Source of the DNA: a bacterium
Lineage (GTDB): Bacteria > Electryoneota > Electryoneia > Electryoneales > Electryoneaceae
Direction of reading: 5' to 3'
Length of the DNA: 64,000 nucleotides
NCBI GenBank assembly: GCA_963669175.1
Contig: OY769902.1
Location: 1,743,515-1,807,514 of the forward strand
The position numbers and the translations under genes are program-made. Of the stretch, positions 1-9,892 are shown piece after piece. A model generated the notes under the pieces. It was not told where the DNA came from. It made no database searches and was given only the letters and a program-made list of their open reading frames with translations. Each line of letters opens with the position of its first letter. The first letter of the stretch is position 1.

Positions 1-605
1 AACATCTTGGTGAAAGTCTTTGGGCTCTTCAGAAGCTTTTGTGATAATCCAACAAAACTGTACATGACTTCGAATTCCCATAACGGCATATGGTTGGCCA
101 GCTTGGCATAAATCCTGTCGGTGAAGCCGATCTGTTTCTGCATTACCGGATCGCCATAAAGCGGTGATGCGCAGGCCAATGCGCAGACACAAGTCAGCCG
201 CTGGGGCATATGCCGTGCGGAAGCCATCAGGGTAGGACCGCCGCCGGAAATACCCATGATTGCAAACTTGTCCAACTTCAAATGATCGGCCAGTTCTTCC
301 ATGTAGCCGGCATAGCTCATATGCGTCCATTTGGTAAAACTGGAATCGGATATACCCGGGCGTGTAGGAACAATGATGCGAAATCCAAGATCCTGTCCCG
401 GCTTATGCAACAGCATGGGGTGGATATGCGCGCCAGTGCCATGGTAGAAAAGTATGGGGTGACCTTTGGGATCACCGTATTCATGCACCCCCAGTTTTAC
501 GTTGTCACTCGTTGTAAAATAGAACATTTGCTCATGCAGCTGATCAACTTCTTCTCTGGTCAGAACGGTAAATGTTTTTGTGATATCATCCGGTTTTTCG
601 CCACT
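1..605 (-). CDS. alpha/beta-hydrolase fold protein (partial; C-terminus beyond window start)
   Basis: Minus-strand ORF opening at GTG (605) and running off the window edge, so absent from the ORF track. Translation has an HG oxyanion motif (FYHGTGAH) and a nucleophile elbow G-I-S-G-G-G. The nearby ATG at 633 is in another frame and stops after 15 codons. Confidence 0.5.
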
Positions 606-816
606 GTTGGATGCTACGGTATCCTTTTGCATGCCACATTTCCCCTTGTATATCAACGAAAAAATCACGATGAAGACCAATAACTTGAGCAAGATATAAA
701 GTCGAGTGTTGAAAGGCTACGTGGGAGCGTGGAAAAATCAAAAAACCCGTTCAGCGACTGCTCGCTGAACGGGTATGAAGTTTCTTCAACAAAAGCTGGA
801 GGAAGAACCTGCGAAG

Positions 817-3513
817 CTAGAACTTGTACGTATACATCACCGAGAAGATGTAGTCATTGCGCTTATAATACGTGGGCTGAGGGATGGAATAACCACCATT
901 GATAACGGTTTCTTCCGTCATGTCAAACTTCTGACCGTTCCAGTATTCCCACTGACCATTTTCGGAGATGCTGGTAACACTCAAGTAGCCGGTAATAATA
1001 TGGTTGGGATAAAATTCATAGTCGACACCGGCTGCAAAATCAATCTGCATCATATCCACAATCTGGTATTTGATCGTGCCAGCCCTCAGCGCGGCAGCTT
1101 CCAGTGGATCCGTCGTTGTAAGGCCTGGATCTGTTTGGTTGATCAGGCTTTCACCACTGCCAATCAGTAAACGCGGACTGAAATATGGGACCAGTTTGCG
1201 GTTCAAGAACAAGAACTCAATCCTCGGCGAGAAAGTGAAGTAGTTGATGTCAGTCTCGCCGTTGCTTGCGGTCTGTTTGGCATTGGAAATCGCCAGTATA
1301 GTACGATATGGTCCGGGATACTCTGTTCCAACCTGGAATGCAAGAACAAACTGGTCGGCATCACTATCCGCCTGGTACTCATTGCTGCGATTGGACGTTA
1401 TCACGTTCAGTGAAAGCTGATGGTCAAGGTTACCGGTCTGGAGCCTGTAGGCGGCGCCAACATTGATCAGATTGTTGGTCAACGATTGACGTGTGTCAAT
1501 AATCGTCGCGGAATCAATCGGCGCATTATCGTAGGGGAAAATGGCCGTTGAATCACCATCATTTTCAAAAAGCTGGTGCCGGTAGGTCACGTTGAAATCG
1601 GGATACCGTGGATCGGTGTACAAATTCACCCCTACCATGATCTCGTTGCGATCAAGCGTCAAATCACTCTTGTCGTTCACATTGTTCTGGTAGTGAGAAT
1701 ACCCAAGGTTCAGGTACAACTTGCTGTTGAGCATGCGAATCCGGTCACGGACGTAATATCCTGCTTCGTCGTTGTACATGGAAGGATTACCCAGCGTAAT
1801 GTAGCTGGTGTTAATCTTCCTGTAGCCGATGCGCAAGTCGTTGAACAGGTAGCGTAGTCTCAGCTTGGTGTCGTAGGAAAGAGAATTGGCTATGATGGAC
1901 TTGGCAACGTCTTCAGCCTTGATCGTCGAACCTGTGCTGTCCTCAGACAGCCCATCGTCCGGCAAAGGCTGGAAATACGAGTTGATCCAGATGATGTTTT
2001 TGTAGTTTTTCAATTCACTGAAGGCTTCTTCATACGTATTGTCGTTGTAAAGCGACATCGCAACGCTGGTTGACCATACGATTCGGCGCCGGTCAAAATT
2101 CATATCCAGGTTCAAACCTGACACCACGTTGTCTTTTGGCGTTGCGCCCGTATAGGTCGTGCGGGCGTATAAACTATCAAGATTTGTTATATAGGCCAGA
2201 TCACCAGCATCCGGAAGTCGATCCAGGTATACAGAGTTCCGAACGTCTACCACTTTCATTGCAGTATAGCCGAAATCGACACGGTCCTTGAATCCCAGGT
2301 TACTCGAGATTTTCACTGCGGACAGCATACGTCGGAATGTGCCGGTGTTATTAATGGTTCTTTGCACATTATAGGACGTGTCCGGGACCACATTGGAGCT
2401 GTCAATACTCATGGTCACCGTGCGCTGCTGATAACTGAGGCCGCTAACGTGGCGGTACATCTCGCCATAAACAGCATATACATTTATCGGGCCTGGTTTA
2501 ATGGCCAGCTCGATACCGCGCACCCGGCTGCCATAAAGAACCAGTTCATTGTACTTGGGGTTCACATCACCGACACGCAGCCGCCACCATGGCATACCCA
2601 TGGAGAACAGGAAACGATGTTGCGGCTGGAGGGAAGAATGTTCCTTGCTGGTAAAACGACCCCGCGCAACAGCGTTGAATTTTCCGGCTTTGAAGGTGAT
2701 GGAGAAGGCTTCATTGCCGTAACTTAATCCTTGTTCCGAATATTGGCTTGCCACACCTTCACCGCTGACAAAACCGGTGACATATTTTCTGTACCCGGCC
2801 CGGCTTTCACGTTCCGCTGGCGATACCATGTTAAAGAACCAGGTGCTTAACACCTCCCGACCAGAATCTGTCTGGTGGAACAGGTCAATCCTGTGTCTGC
2901 CGGGTGTCATATCACTAATGACAGCAGTAAGCACTTCAGCGCTGATCATGGCTTCACCGGTTCTATCCTTACCGTCTACGTGAAGAACGATCCGCTGCGG
3001 GTCGATTTGTCCGAGAGCGTTGTTAAAAGCCAGGGCGACCAGGACTTCACTTCCCATGATGGACTTGCCCTGTTCCGGACTGATGATCAGGATCTGGGTG
3101 TTGGTGACTTCGTCGCCGGTTCCCTGGATGGATACCAGAACCGGGTTTACATCACCATTGTCCGGGTACGTAATCGTTGTCCCGTCATTGAATTCCATGG
3201 CGATGTAGTATTCCATCCCCACAGAAACAACTTCTCTACCGGGAATTGCCGCGGAGTAGGTATTCCCCGCAAGGTCCATCTCCACGTAATCGTACGATTC
3301 TTGGTCAACATTTCGGTACCACAGGTAGGCTAGCGATACCTGGTTGACATCGTAATCACCGGCCACACGGGCTTCGACATTAATGGGACGTCCCATTTCG
3401 CCGAATGTAACGGGTGAATGTTCAATGTAAACAACAGCGTTTGTGCCGGCTAATGCCATAAATGGCAGACCAATCACGCAGGCAACAAGAAAAACACGGA
3501 GAGCATACTTCAT
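817..3513 (-). CDS. large outer-membrane beta-barrel protein with N-terminal soluble domains (function unknown)
   Basis: About 900 aa. Signal peptide MKYALRVFLVACVIGLPFMALA at the ATG at 3513 (track start 3567 is TTG). Alternating hydrophobic/aromatic pattern through the C-terminal two thirds, ending in aromatic ...YTYKF as in OM barrels. No TonB box or plug recognised. Last gene of a minus-strand cluster. Confidence 0.6.
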   Translation of the reverse strand: MKYALRVFLVACVIGLPFMALAGTNAVVYIEHSPVTFGEMGRPINVEARVAGDYDVNQVSLAYLWYRNVDQESYDYVEMDLAGNTYSAAIPGREVVSVGMEYYIAMEFNDGTTITYPDNGDVNPVLVSIQGTGDEVTNTQILIISPEQGKSIMGSEVLVALAFNNALGQIDPQRIVLHVDGKDRTGEAMISAEVLTAVISDMTPGRHRIDLFHQTDSGREVLSTWFFNMVSPAERESRAGYRKYVTGFVSGEGVASQYSEQGLSYGNEAFSITFKAGKFNAVARGRFTSKEHSSLQPQHRFLFSMGMPWWRLRVGDVNPKYNELVLYGSRVRGIELAIKPGPINVYAVYGEMYRHVSGLSYQQRTVTMSIDSSNVVPDTSYNVQRTINNTGTFRRMLSAVKISSNLGFKDRVDFGYTAMKVVDVRNSVYLDRLPDAGDLAYITNLDSLYARTTYTGATPKDNVVSGLNLDMNFDRRRIVWSTSVAMSLYNDNTYEEAFSELKNYKNIIWINSYFQPLPDDGLSEDSTGSTIKAEDVAKSIIANSLSYDTKLRLRYLFNDLRIGYRKINTSYITLGNPSMYNDEAGYYVRDRIRMLNSKLYLNLGYSHYQNNVNDKSDLTLDRNEIMVGVNLYTDPRYPDFNVTYRHQLFENDGDSTAIFPYDNAPIDSATIIDTRQSLTNNLINVGAAYRLQTGNLDHQLSLNVITSNRSNEYQADSDADQFVLAFQVGTEYPGPYRTILAISNAKQTASNGETDINYFTFSPRIEFLFLNRKLVPYFSPRLLIGSGESLINQTDPGLTTTDPLEAAALRAGTIKYQIVDMMQIDFAAGVDYEFYPNHIITGYLSVTSISENGQWEYWNGQKFDMTEETVINGGYSIPQPTYYKRNDYIFSVMYTYKF

Positions 3514-3689
3514 GCGGCGCCCCTGGTATAGTTCGTGGTTCCTTCCGGTCCCTCCCTCAGAATTCAAATGTAGAGTGTTGGCAGAAGCAACCTCAACATT
3601 ATCAGGAGACCCCGAACAGAAAATACAGCCCGCCGGCCTTGCCGGCGGGCTACAGGAAGTCCGTAAAACTCAACTTGGTTTACAACTGA

Positions 3690-4385
3690 TCAATCGGTCT
3701 GTTGGTATTGAATGATCAACGTCTTACGTTGCCCATTCTCGTCCTGAAGTTCGATTTCAATGTAGTCCGTCGAACCCTCATCGTTTACCTCGGGCACGGA
3801 GCCCTGATCGGCGCCTCCGGTTTCCATGTTGCCGTCCGGATCGACGGTTCCCATGAAACCAGGTCCGATTTCCGACTCCTGACCTGTCTGAATATTCAGC
3901 AGGCTTACGAGACCTTCCAGGGTGATCTGGAGAGTGGTGCCATCCGGTTCAACGATGACCCAGAACTGGGTGCCTTTGACCGACGCGACTGCGGTCGGGG
4001 TAGCCACTTCCATGGCGCCCTTCTGCTGGGCCACGTTTGCAAACAACTCACCCACTTCCATGTTGACACGTTTCGAAAGCGAATAGTCATCGTTACGTGT
4101 CGCAGTTACTGTAATTTCAGTATTGGGTCGAATTTTTATCTGGGTTTTGTCATCAGTAAATACCATGGATACGAAGCCGTCCGCACCGGTCCGCACCATG
4201 TGACCGTCGTCAAGGACTTCGCCGAAATTCAGCTTGGTCCAACCCTGACCACGGTTTACTTCAGTTTTGCCTTGAACGACGGTAACTACTGCAATCGCCT
4301 TGGCGCCATCCGCCATCGCACATACCGCAAGCAGGAATACCAGCAGAATGGCGAACGCTGCGGTTCCGAATCTATGCGTTCTCAT
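3690..4385 (-). CDS. FecR-domain protein, periplasmic (signal peptide, no anti-sigma N-domain)
   Basis: 231 aa. N-terminal signal peptide (AAFAILLVFLLAVCAMA). Beta-rich FecR-like core with GTQFWV motif. RBS AGGAGAAAG upstream of the ATG. The antisense ORF 3702..4472 is R/C/H-rich and implausible. Confidence 0.5.
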   Translation of the reverse strand: MRTHRFGTAAFAILLVFLLAVCAMADGAKAIAVVTVVQGKTEVNRGQGWTKLNFGEVLDDGHMVRTGADGFVSMVFTDDKTQIKIRPNTEITVTATRNDDYSLSKRVNMEVGELFANVAQQKGAMEVATPTAVASVKGTQFWVIVEPDGTTLQITLEGLVSLLNIQTGQESEIGPGFMGTVDPDGNMETGGADQGSVPEVNDEGSTDYIEIELQDENGQRKTLIIQYQQTD

Positions 4386-4406
4386 GGTTCTTTCTCCTGT
4401 TTGCGC

Positions 4407-5606
4407 CTATTCCGCAATGATTACGTTTTCAACATCAAAACCTGCGCCGAGCATCAGGTTTGTCAGTTCTGAGATTGAACGTCCGCTGACCCCGCCGAAA
4501 GAGATGGTGGAAGGGGAATAGCCGGACAATTGGTTTACGATATACGCGTACTGTTCCGGTGAAAGTTTGTTGCTCAGAATATCCAGCAACTGATTCATCA
4601 TCGGATCCATGCCAGGCTCATTGCCTGCTGCACGATGACCACTACCACCCATACCAACAAAGGTAAACTCGCCTGGAGCGCTTCGGAACGTACGGAAGCC
4701 GCCGGGGATAACAGTCGGCGCCTGCATTTCAACCATCCAGGCATACCGTCTTCCCCTGATCAGCGGACTTTCACCCATTCCCGTACCGAGGAAGAAATGG
4801 TGATCGTACGTTTGAGGATGACCGGCAAACTTGGTCTGGCTGGCATCCTGTGAACGCTGCAAAATGACATCCATCGGGTCCATATTTTCCTGGCCGGGCT
4901 GGAACTCGACGATGTACAGCATAACCTGGTCCGGGGATACCGGTGCGCCGGTCCAGGTCCAGTTGAACTCCACAGTCGGTGATGTGATATCATCGTACGG
5001 CACGGGGTTCATGGGGATGGGGCGCGAAGGATTGTATACCTGGATCGTTGCCAGGTAATGACCATCCGGCGAGACCATGCCATTGAAATCACCAGGACGA
5101 AGTTCCACACCCAGCATATACACCGATGCCGCCAGGTTCAGACCATCAATAAGGTCTGCAAACTCAGCCGGGGATGCGGTCTGGCTGTGATCACCGTCCC
5201 TGCGCATAAAGGCAAGGTCGTTGCTCCACTGGTTGTTGTACAACCTGCCACCGGGTACGTTATCTGCCCACTGGCCAAGTGCAAACGGACGGCTGGCATA
5301 CTCAATGATTCTTCCGTGTCCGGCTACTTCAAGGTATACGTAGAGCACATAATCGTCATCGCGTTCTGCATCAGTGATTCCTGAGATCTGGATATACATG
5401 ATCGGTGGAATATCACCGAAATCCCAGTCTTCACCCTGCTCCAAAGCGTTCACATCAACAACGTCCCCAATCGGAAATATCTGGGGCGTTATGCCGTATT
5501 GAGCCTGCTGTGTGAAGCCGCTGGAGACGTAGAAGGCGTTTGCCTGTAACGGCAGGATCAACAAACCCGCCAGCACAAACAACCCACACAACTCTCTCCA
5601 CTTCAT
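4407..5606 (-). CDS. secreted hypothetical protein
   Basis: Signal peptide MKWRELCGLFVLAGLLILPLQANA starts at the ATG at 5606, preceded by AGGAGG. 21-bp gap to the downstream FecR-domain gene. No recognisable catalytic motif. Confidence 0.5.
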   Translation of the reverse strand: MKWRELCGLFVLAGLLILPLQANAFYVSSGFTQQAQYGITPQIFPIGDVVDVNALEQGEDWDFGDIPPIMYIQISGITDAERDDDYVLYVYLEVAGHGRIIEYASRPFALGQWADNVPGGRLYNNQWSNDLAFMRRDGDHSQTASPAEFADLIDGLNLAASVYMLGVELRPGDFNGMVSPDGHYLATIQVYNPSRPIPMNPVPYDDITSPTVEFNWTWTGAPVSPDQVMLYIVEFQPGQENMDPMDVILQRSQDASQTKFAGHPQTYDHHFFLGTGMGESPLIRGRRYAWMVEMQAPTVIPGGFRTFRSAPGEFTFVGMGGSGHRAAGNEPGMDPMMNQLLDILSNKLSPEQYAYIVNQLSGYSPSTISFGGVSGRSISELTNLMLGAGFDVENVIIAE

Positions 5607-5771
5607 GGTGGACCTCCTGTAAACTGTTTCAAGCCAATGGTTCGCACCACGGGCAGAGCTTTTCGATGACACTATCCCTCATCTAATAAACTACGAACGA
5701 ACCATGTGGGAATTGTGCCCAGTATCACTCTTTTTTTAAAAAGAGAAACCTGAATGGAGTCTCAAAGAGTA

Positions 5772-6908
5772 TCAATTTTTTCTACGACCTGATCCTTTCT
5801 TTTTAACTCTATTTAAAAACTCTGATATGCCATGATCTTGATAATATTTCCATGCTTTTCGATATCCTTTGCCATAAGCCGGATCATCATTTTCTTCAAG
5901 CTGATCCAAATGATAGTCTGCGAGTTTACTGTGAATGGATTCCAGCATAATTCGCATGGCTACATTTGCCGAGCCTTCCCGCCAGTCGGCATGGCCGCCG
6001 TCCGCATCATTCTCGTGTTGCCAGACATGAAAAAGCTCATGTGCGGCAACACCGGATAACATATCACGCGGGAGACCATAAAGAAAATAGATTGTTGTAT
6101 CTTCACGAATAACTCTTCCATTCATTGTCTCCGAGTGAACCGAGTGCAGCCCATTGGCATCACCTTCGCCGCCATGCAATTCATGTAATTGATTTTTATC
6201 AACAAGGACGATGCTGATGTCATCCAGGCTGGTGTTGAATCGGATACCGTTGGCTTCCAGCACCGCAGCGGCTTCACGGACAATCTGAGCAGCCTTCCCG
6301 GCGTCGGTGACTTCCGTTTCACGGCAGACTTCACACTGAATACGTCCATCCGCCAATTTCCAGGCGTGTCCCGGCAGAGCAAAACGTCCGCAAGAATCAC
6401 ATAATTCAACCTGGTCCTTATACTCGGCGCTGATCGTGGTTCCCCACCAGTCCGTTACATAGGGACCGAGAATAGGCTGGCCGGTGATAGCGCAAATCGG
6501 GGCAAGGTTCTCTACATAACACGATTCATGATACACCTTGCCATCAATGGTGAAGTATTTGTCCGATACAGGTGCGCCACACCATTCACAACGCGGCGAG
6601 AACTCATGGTGATAACAATCGGGGTGATAAAATTTGCCCTTGTGTTCGATATAGCTGCCATCGATACGAAACCCGCAGGCGGCGCATTTGAAGCATTCCG
6701 GATGAAAGTATTTGCCATTGGCTTCGATGTACTGGCTGGTGATTACTTTACCGCATCCGGCACAGCGTACCCTCTGTGCCAGGGCATGGGTCGGTAATAC
6801 AATCAAGCCAACTGCAGCCGGTGTCACCACACGAACAAATCGCCTGCGATCCCACTTTTCGGCATCGGCTCGACATGTTCTCTCTGTGCTGTTCTTTTTG
6901 CAAGCCAT
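5772..6908 (-). CDS. LIM-type double zinc-finger protein fused to an HExxH zinc metallopeptidase (DA1-like architecture), Tat-like signal
   Basis: N-terminus has an RRRF twin-arginine-like motif followed by a hydrophobic stretch and ALA-Q. Then C-x2-C-x16-H-x2-C-x2-C-x2-C-x19-C-x2-H, which fits the LIM consensus, followed by a second C-x2-C-x16-H-x2-C unit and CDSC...CEVC. C-terminal region carries HELFH (HExxH). Confidence 0.6.
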   Translation of the reverse strand: MACKKNSTERTCRADAEKWDRRRFVRVVTPAAVGLIVLPTHALAQRVRCAGCGKVITSQYIEANGKYFHPECFKCAACGFRIDGSYIEHKGKFYHPDCYHHEFSPRCEWCGAPVSDKYFTIDGKVYHESCYVENLAPICAITGQPILGPYVTDWWGTTISAEYKDQVELCDSCGRFALPGHAWKLADGRIQCEVCRETEVTDAGKAAQIVREAAAVLEANGIRFNTSLDDISIVLVDKNQLHELHGGEGDANGLHSVHSETMNGRVIREDTTIYFLYGLPRDMLSGVAAHELFHVWQHENDADGGHADWREGSANVAMRIMLESIHSKLADYHLDQLEENDDPAYGKGYRKAWKYYQDHGISEFLNRVKKKGSGRRKN

Positions 6909-7019
6909 AATCTATTAATATACTCTAACCTGACTTCAGAAGAAAAGCGAGGTGATTTTCTCTCGACGAAGCTGTTGTAAAGGGAATAAGCAGTTCGCGA
7001 AAGTTCTTGTTGAGTGGAA

Positions 7020-7634
7020 AGCAATCAGCCTGCTTCAGCAGGCTCTTTTTAGCACCCGGCTGAAGCCCTGTCTCTTGCTCACATCTTCGTGTTTCTGCCA
7101 CCCCAGAGGGGGTGGTATATTTTAGTGTAGGGTTGACGCTGTCTGTTTAGCGTCTACCCTACGAAAAAGATCAAACCTTATCTCAACCCTGGAAGGGTTG
7201 CATAACGTATAATTTACACCCAATTGGTTTGTATAGAATATAAAATGCGTTATTTCCTGTATTTATTGAACGTACTAATATGAATCGCGTATTATGCAAC
7301 CCTTCCAGGGTTGATTATTCGTTAGAATACCTGACATAGTGTACAGGCCAAACAGACGGCCTGTACACTATGCTAAAATAGGGAATCCCGCCGGGATTCT
7401 AAAAATGCTATGTCCACAACTCTTTTACTGATACAGCTTTCAGAAGATGTGAGTAAGAGACAGGGCTTTAGCCGGGTGGATTAGTGTAACTAAATAAAAG
7501 AGCGCGCTTTAGCGTGCTTGCTTGAACAACAGATTGCTGTTTTGGAAAGCACCCTGAAGGGCGCTCGATATAGTTGTTATCTTTGTCCCCCGGCTAAAGC
7601 CGGGGGCTAAGGGGAGCAGGCTAAAGCCTGCTAA
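7020..7634. mobile_element. composite MITE-like element (repeat family A, long copy) with nested inverted repeats
   Basis: Termini agcctgcttcagcaggct-ctttttag-cacccggctgaagcc (left) and cccccggctaaagccggggg-ctaagggg-agcaggctaaagcctgct (right) are inverted relative to each other. The same termini bound the 210-bp copy at 40126..40336. An internal segment at 7497..7585 matches the reverse complement of 40195..40275. Further nested IR pairs at 7050-7095/7425-7475 and 7190-7215/7285-7310. Confidence 0.5.
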
Positions 7635-7855
7635 TACTAATGGATAGAACCCCCTTGAGGCGAATACTTATGGATAGAATTCCCTTGAGATAGTAAACGG
7701 AAAGAAGCGCTTTTCAGAAACTGTGATAGAAGACAGATGTTTCGGCGAGAATAACTTTCGCTAATCTGAAGCCGCAAGAACTTCCGAGAATACCATACGT
7801 GGAACATATCCATTGTGACACGGTACAAGTTTCAGGACGAAAACAGGCTGGATTC

Positions 7856-9808
7856 ATGCGTAACGATAGATATACATATTTGTTGATTATTTCCCTGCTG
7901 GCTTTCTCCTTTTTCCCACTGGAGAAATCAATAGCACAATCCCGCAATGTTGTGGTTCCTCGATCCCAGCAGACAGAAGAAATCCGTCAGGAAGCGACCA
8001 GGAAAAGCCGTACCGCTACCAGGCTTGAGCAAAGAGGGCAAATCGACGAGGCGTTGGCAATCTGGGATTTACTGGCGGACCAATTTCCCGACAACAGCTC
8101 CTATTTTGAAGGGCAGGTGCGTTGCCTGACCACGTTGGCCAGGTATAATGAAGCTGCAAGGTTACTGGAAGAGCGGATACCGCTGGAGATAGACCAGCGC
8201 CAGAAAGCGGAATACCTGGTGCGGCTTGGCGGGGTGTACCAGAAACTGAACAAACCGACCCAGGCCGAGGTCAATTACCGTCAGGCCGAGGAGACCGCTC
8301 GAGGGGTGGAAGGCGCTTATCATGCGGTGGCCATGGAGTTTCTGCGTCAACGTCAAACAGAGCGGGCGATTAGCATTTTAAAGTCTTCGCGAGTTGATCT
8401 CGAGAACCCCTATTTGCACGCGTTTACCATCGCATCCCTGAAACAGAATACCATGGACTGGGCCGGAGCGACCGAAGAATACCTGTTGGCGCTCCAGGAA
8501 AGCGGCACACGCAGGCAATCCGTCCTGCGGTCTTTTGCCACTTTCCCCAACGATCCGAATACGGATAAAGCTGTTGAGGCCAGCATTCGTGCGGAGCTGG
8601 ACCGTACCGAGAAGGAGCAGCCCTGGCCCGGGTATCGAGACGCTCTGTGGCAAATCCTGATCGATCAACGGATCAAGAGCGGCAATTTTGAAGGCGCTGT
8701 GGATCTGCTGGAAACAATCCAGGAGGAAGAGGGCGAAGAGGGCTGGCTGCTTCAGTTCGCCCAGACAGCCGTAGACGAAGGCGCGCACGATGCTGCCAGA
8801 CGTGCGCTGGAGATAGCAGCGCAACGCACGCAAAGTGAAAATCGACGCGCTGAAGTTGATCTTGCCCTGGCGACCCTGGTGCAAGCAGAAGGCGATTTCT
8901 CGCAGGCGGACAGTTTGTATGGCACTGTTATCGGAAGGCTGGAGAAGAATCCTACCCTGGCTTATTCAGCCCTGATCCGGCGTGGACAGATGCGATTGAC
9001 GTATGTCGATAATCCATTGGGGGCGTTGGAAGATTTCGAACACCTTGCCGAATTGCAGGGTAAGCAGGTGGAGCAACAGGTTGAGTACCTGCTGGCTGCC
9101 ACACTGCTTCGTCTGCACCGGTATGATGAAGCGCGTCCACATCTGCAACAGACGATTTCGCCCCAACTTCCTGACGAGCCTCAGCGCGGAAGAAGACGTC
9201 CAAGGCAACCGGTTGCCTACGATGCCGGACTGGGCGCTCATGCCGCGTATCTGAATGCACGGTTATCATGGTGGGAGAACAACCCGGAACGAACAACCGC
9301 TATCCTCGATAGCATGCTGAAGCATCCCACCGGCGCAGAAGTGGAAAACGAAGCGTTTGACCTGCTTTTCCTGCTGAGCAGTAAAGCGGATTCAAGTATT
9401 CTCCGTCGATTTGCACAAACAGACCAGGCATTGTTTGAACAACGAGTAGAAGATGCGGAGAACATGCTCGCGTCCATTGCTACGGACACCGCATCATCCT
9501 TGTCCGCAAACGCTTCCTGGTGGCTGGTGGAAATCGCTGTGCAGACCGGGGCGGAGGATGTCCCGGAAGTTGTTGACGCTTATGTCACGCAGTATCCGGG
9601 CACCCCGCGTGCAGAAGAGGCATGGCTGAACCTGGGAATCTGGTATGAGGATCAGGGCTTGACTGATGAAGCGAAAACCTGCTATGAAACGATACTTATC
9701 GACTATTATGACGGCCTGCTGACCTCGGAGGCACGATTGCGCCTGGATCAACTGGCGGGAATGGAACTGCCGCCCCTGCAACCACCTTCGCCTTTTGAGA
9801 CGCCGTAG
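7856..9808 (+). CDS. tetratricopeptide-repeat (TPR) protein with N-terminal signal/anchor
   Basis: ATG at 7856 gives MRNDRYTYLLIISLLAFSFFPLEKSIA (signal-like). The rest is alpha-helical with repeated A/L/Y/E-rich 34-residue periodicity typical of TPR arrays. Track start 7799 is GTG. Confidence 0.6.
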   Translation: MRNDRYTYLLIISLLAFSFFPLEKSIAQSRNVVVPRSQQTEEIRQEATRKSRTATRLEQRGQIDEALAIWDLLADQFPDNSSYFEGQVRCLTTLARYNEAARLLEERIPLEIDQRQKAEYLVRLGGVYQKLNKPTQAEVNYRQAEETARGVEGAYHAVAMEFLRQRQTERAISILKSSRVDLENPYLHAFTIASLKQNTMDWAGATEEYLLALQESGTRRQSVLRSFATFPNDPNTDKAVEASIRAELDRTEKEQPWPGYRDALWQILIDQRIKSGNFEGAVDLLETIQEEEGEEGWLLQFAQTAVDEGAHDAARRALEIAAQRTQSENRRAEVDLALATLVQAEGDFSQADSLYGTVIGRLEKNPTLAYSALIRRGQMRLTYVDNPLGALEDFEHLAELQGKQVEQQVEYLLAATLLRLHRYDEARPHLQQTISPQLPDEPQRGRRRPRQPVAYDAGLGAHAAYLNARLSWWENNPERTTAILDSMLKHPTGAEVENEAFDLLFLLSSKADSSILRRFAQTDQALFEQRVEDAENMLASIATDTASSLSANASWWLVEIAVQTGAEDVPEVVDAYVTQYPGTPRAEEAWLNLGIWYEDQGLTDEAKTCYETILIDYYDGLLTSEARLRLDQLAGMELPPLQPPSPFETP

Positions 9809-9811
9809 AGA

Positions 9812-9860
9812 AGTGAAAAACGTAAAGAAAGTGAAAAAGGTGAAAAAAGTGAGAAGCGTA
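9812..9860. repeat. phased 9-bp GTGAAAAAN tract (repeat family D)
   Basis: gaagtgaaaaacgtaaagaaagtgaaaaaggtgaaaaaagtgagaag directly after the TPR stop codon. The same periodic motif recurs at 54475..54540. Confidence 0.4.
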
Positions 9861-9892
9861 TCGATGCCTGTCCGGGGACAGTGATAACAGCC

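Noticed and set aside
631-633. ATG as start of the minus-strand hydrolase
   Set aside because: This ATG is in a different frame and hits a stop after 15 codons. The hydrolase frame opens with GTG at 605.
210-683. 157-aa plus-strand ORF at the window start
   Set aside because: It lies antisense to a minus-strand ORF whose translation has clear alpha/beta-hydrolase motifs (HG, GxSxG). The plus ORF is Cys/His/Arg-rich with no motif or RBS.
3702-4472. 256-aa plus-strand ORF
   Set aside because: Antisense to the FecR-domain gene, which has a signal peptide, RBS and operon context. The plus ORF is R/C/H-rich and unlike a real protein.
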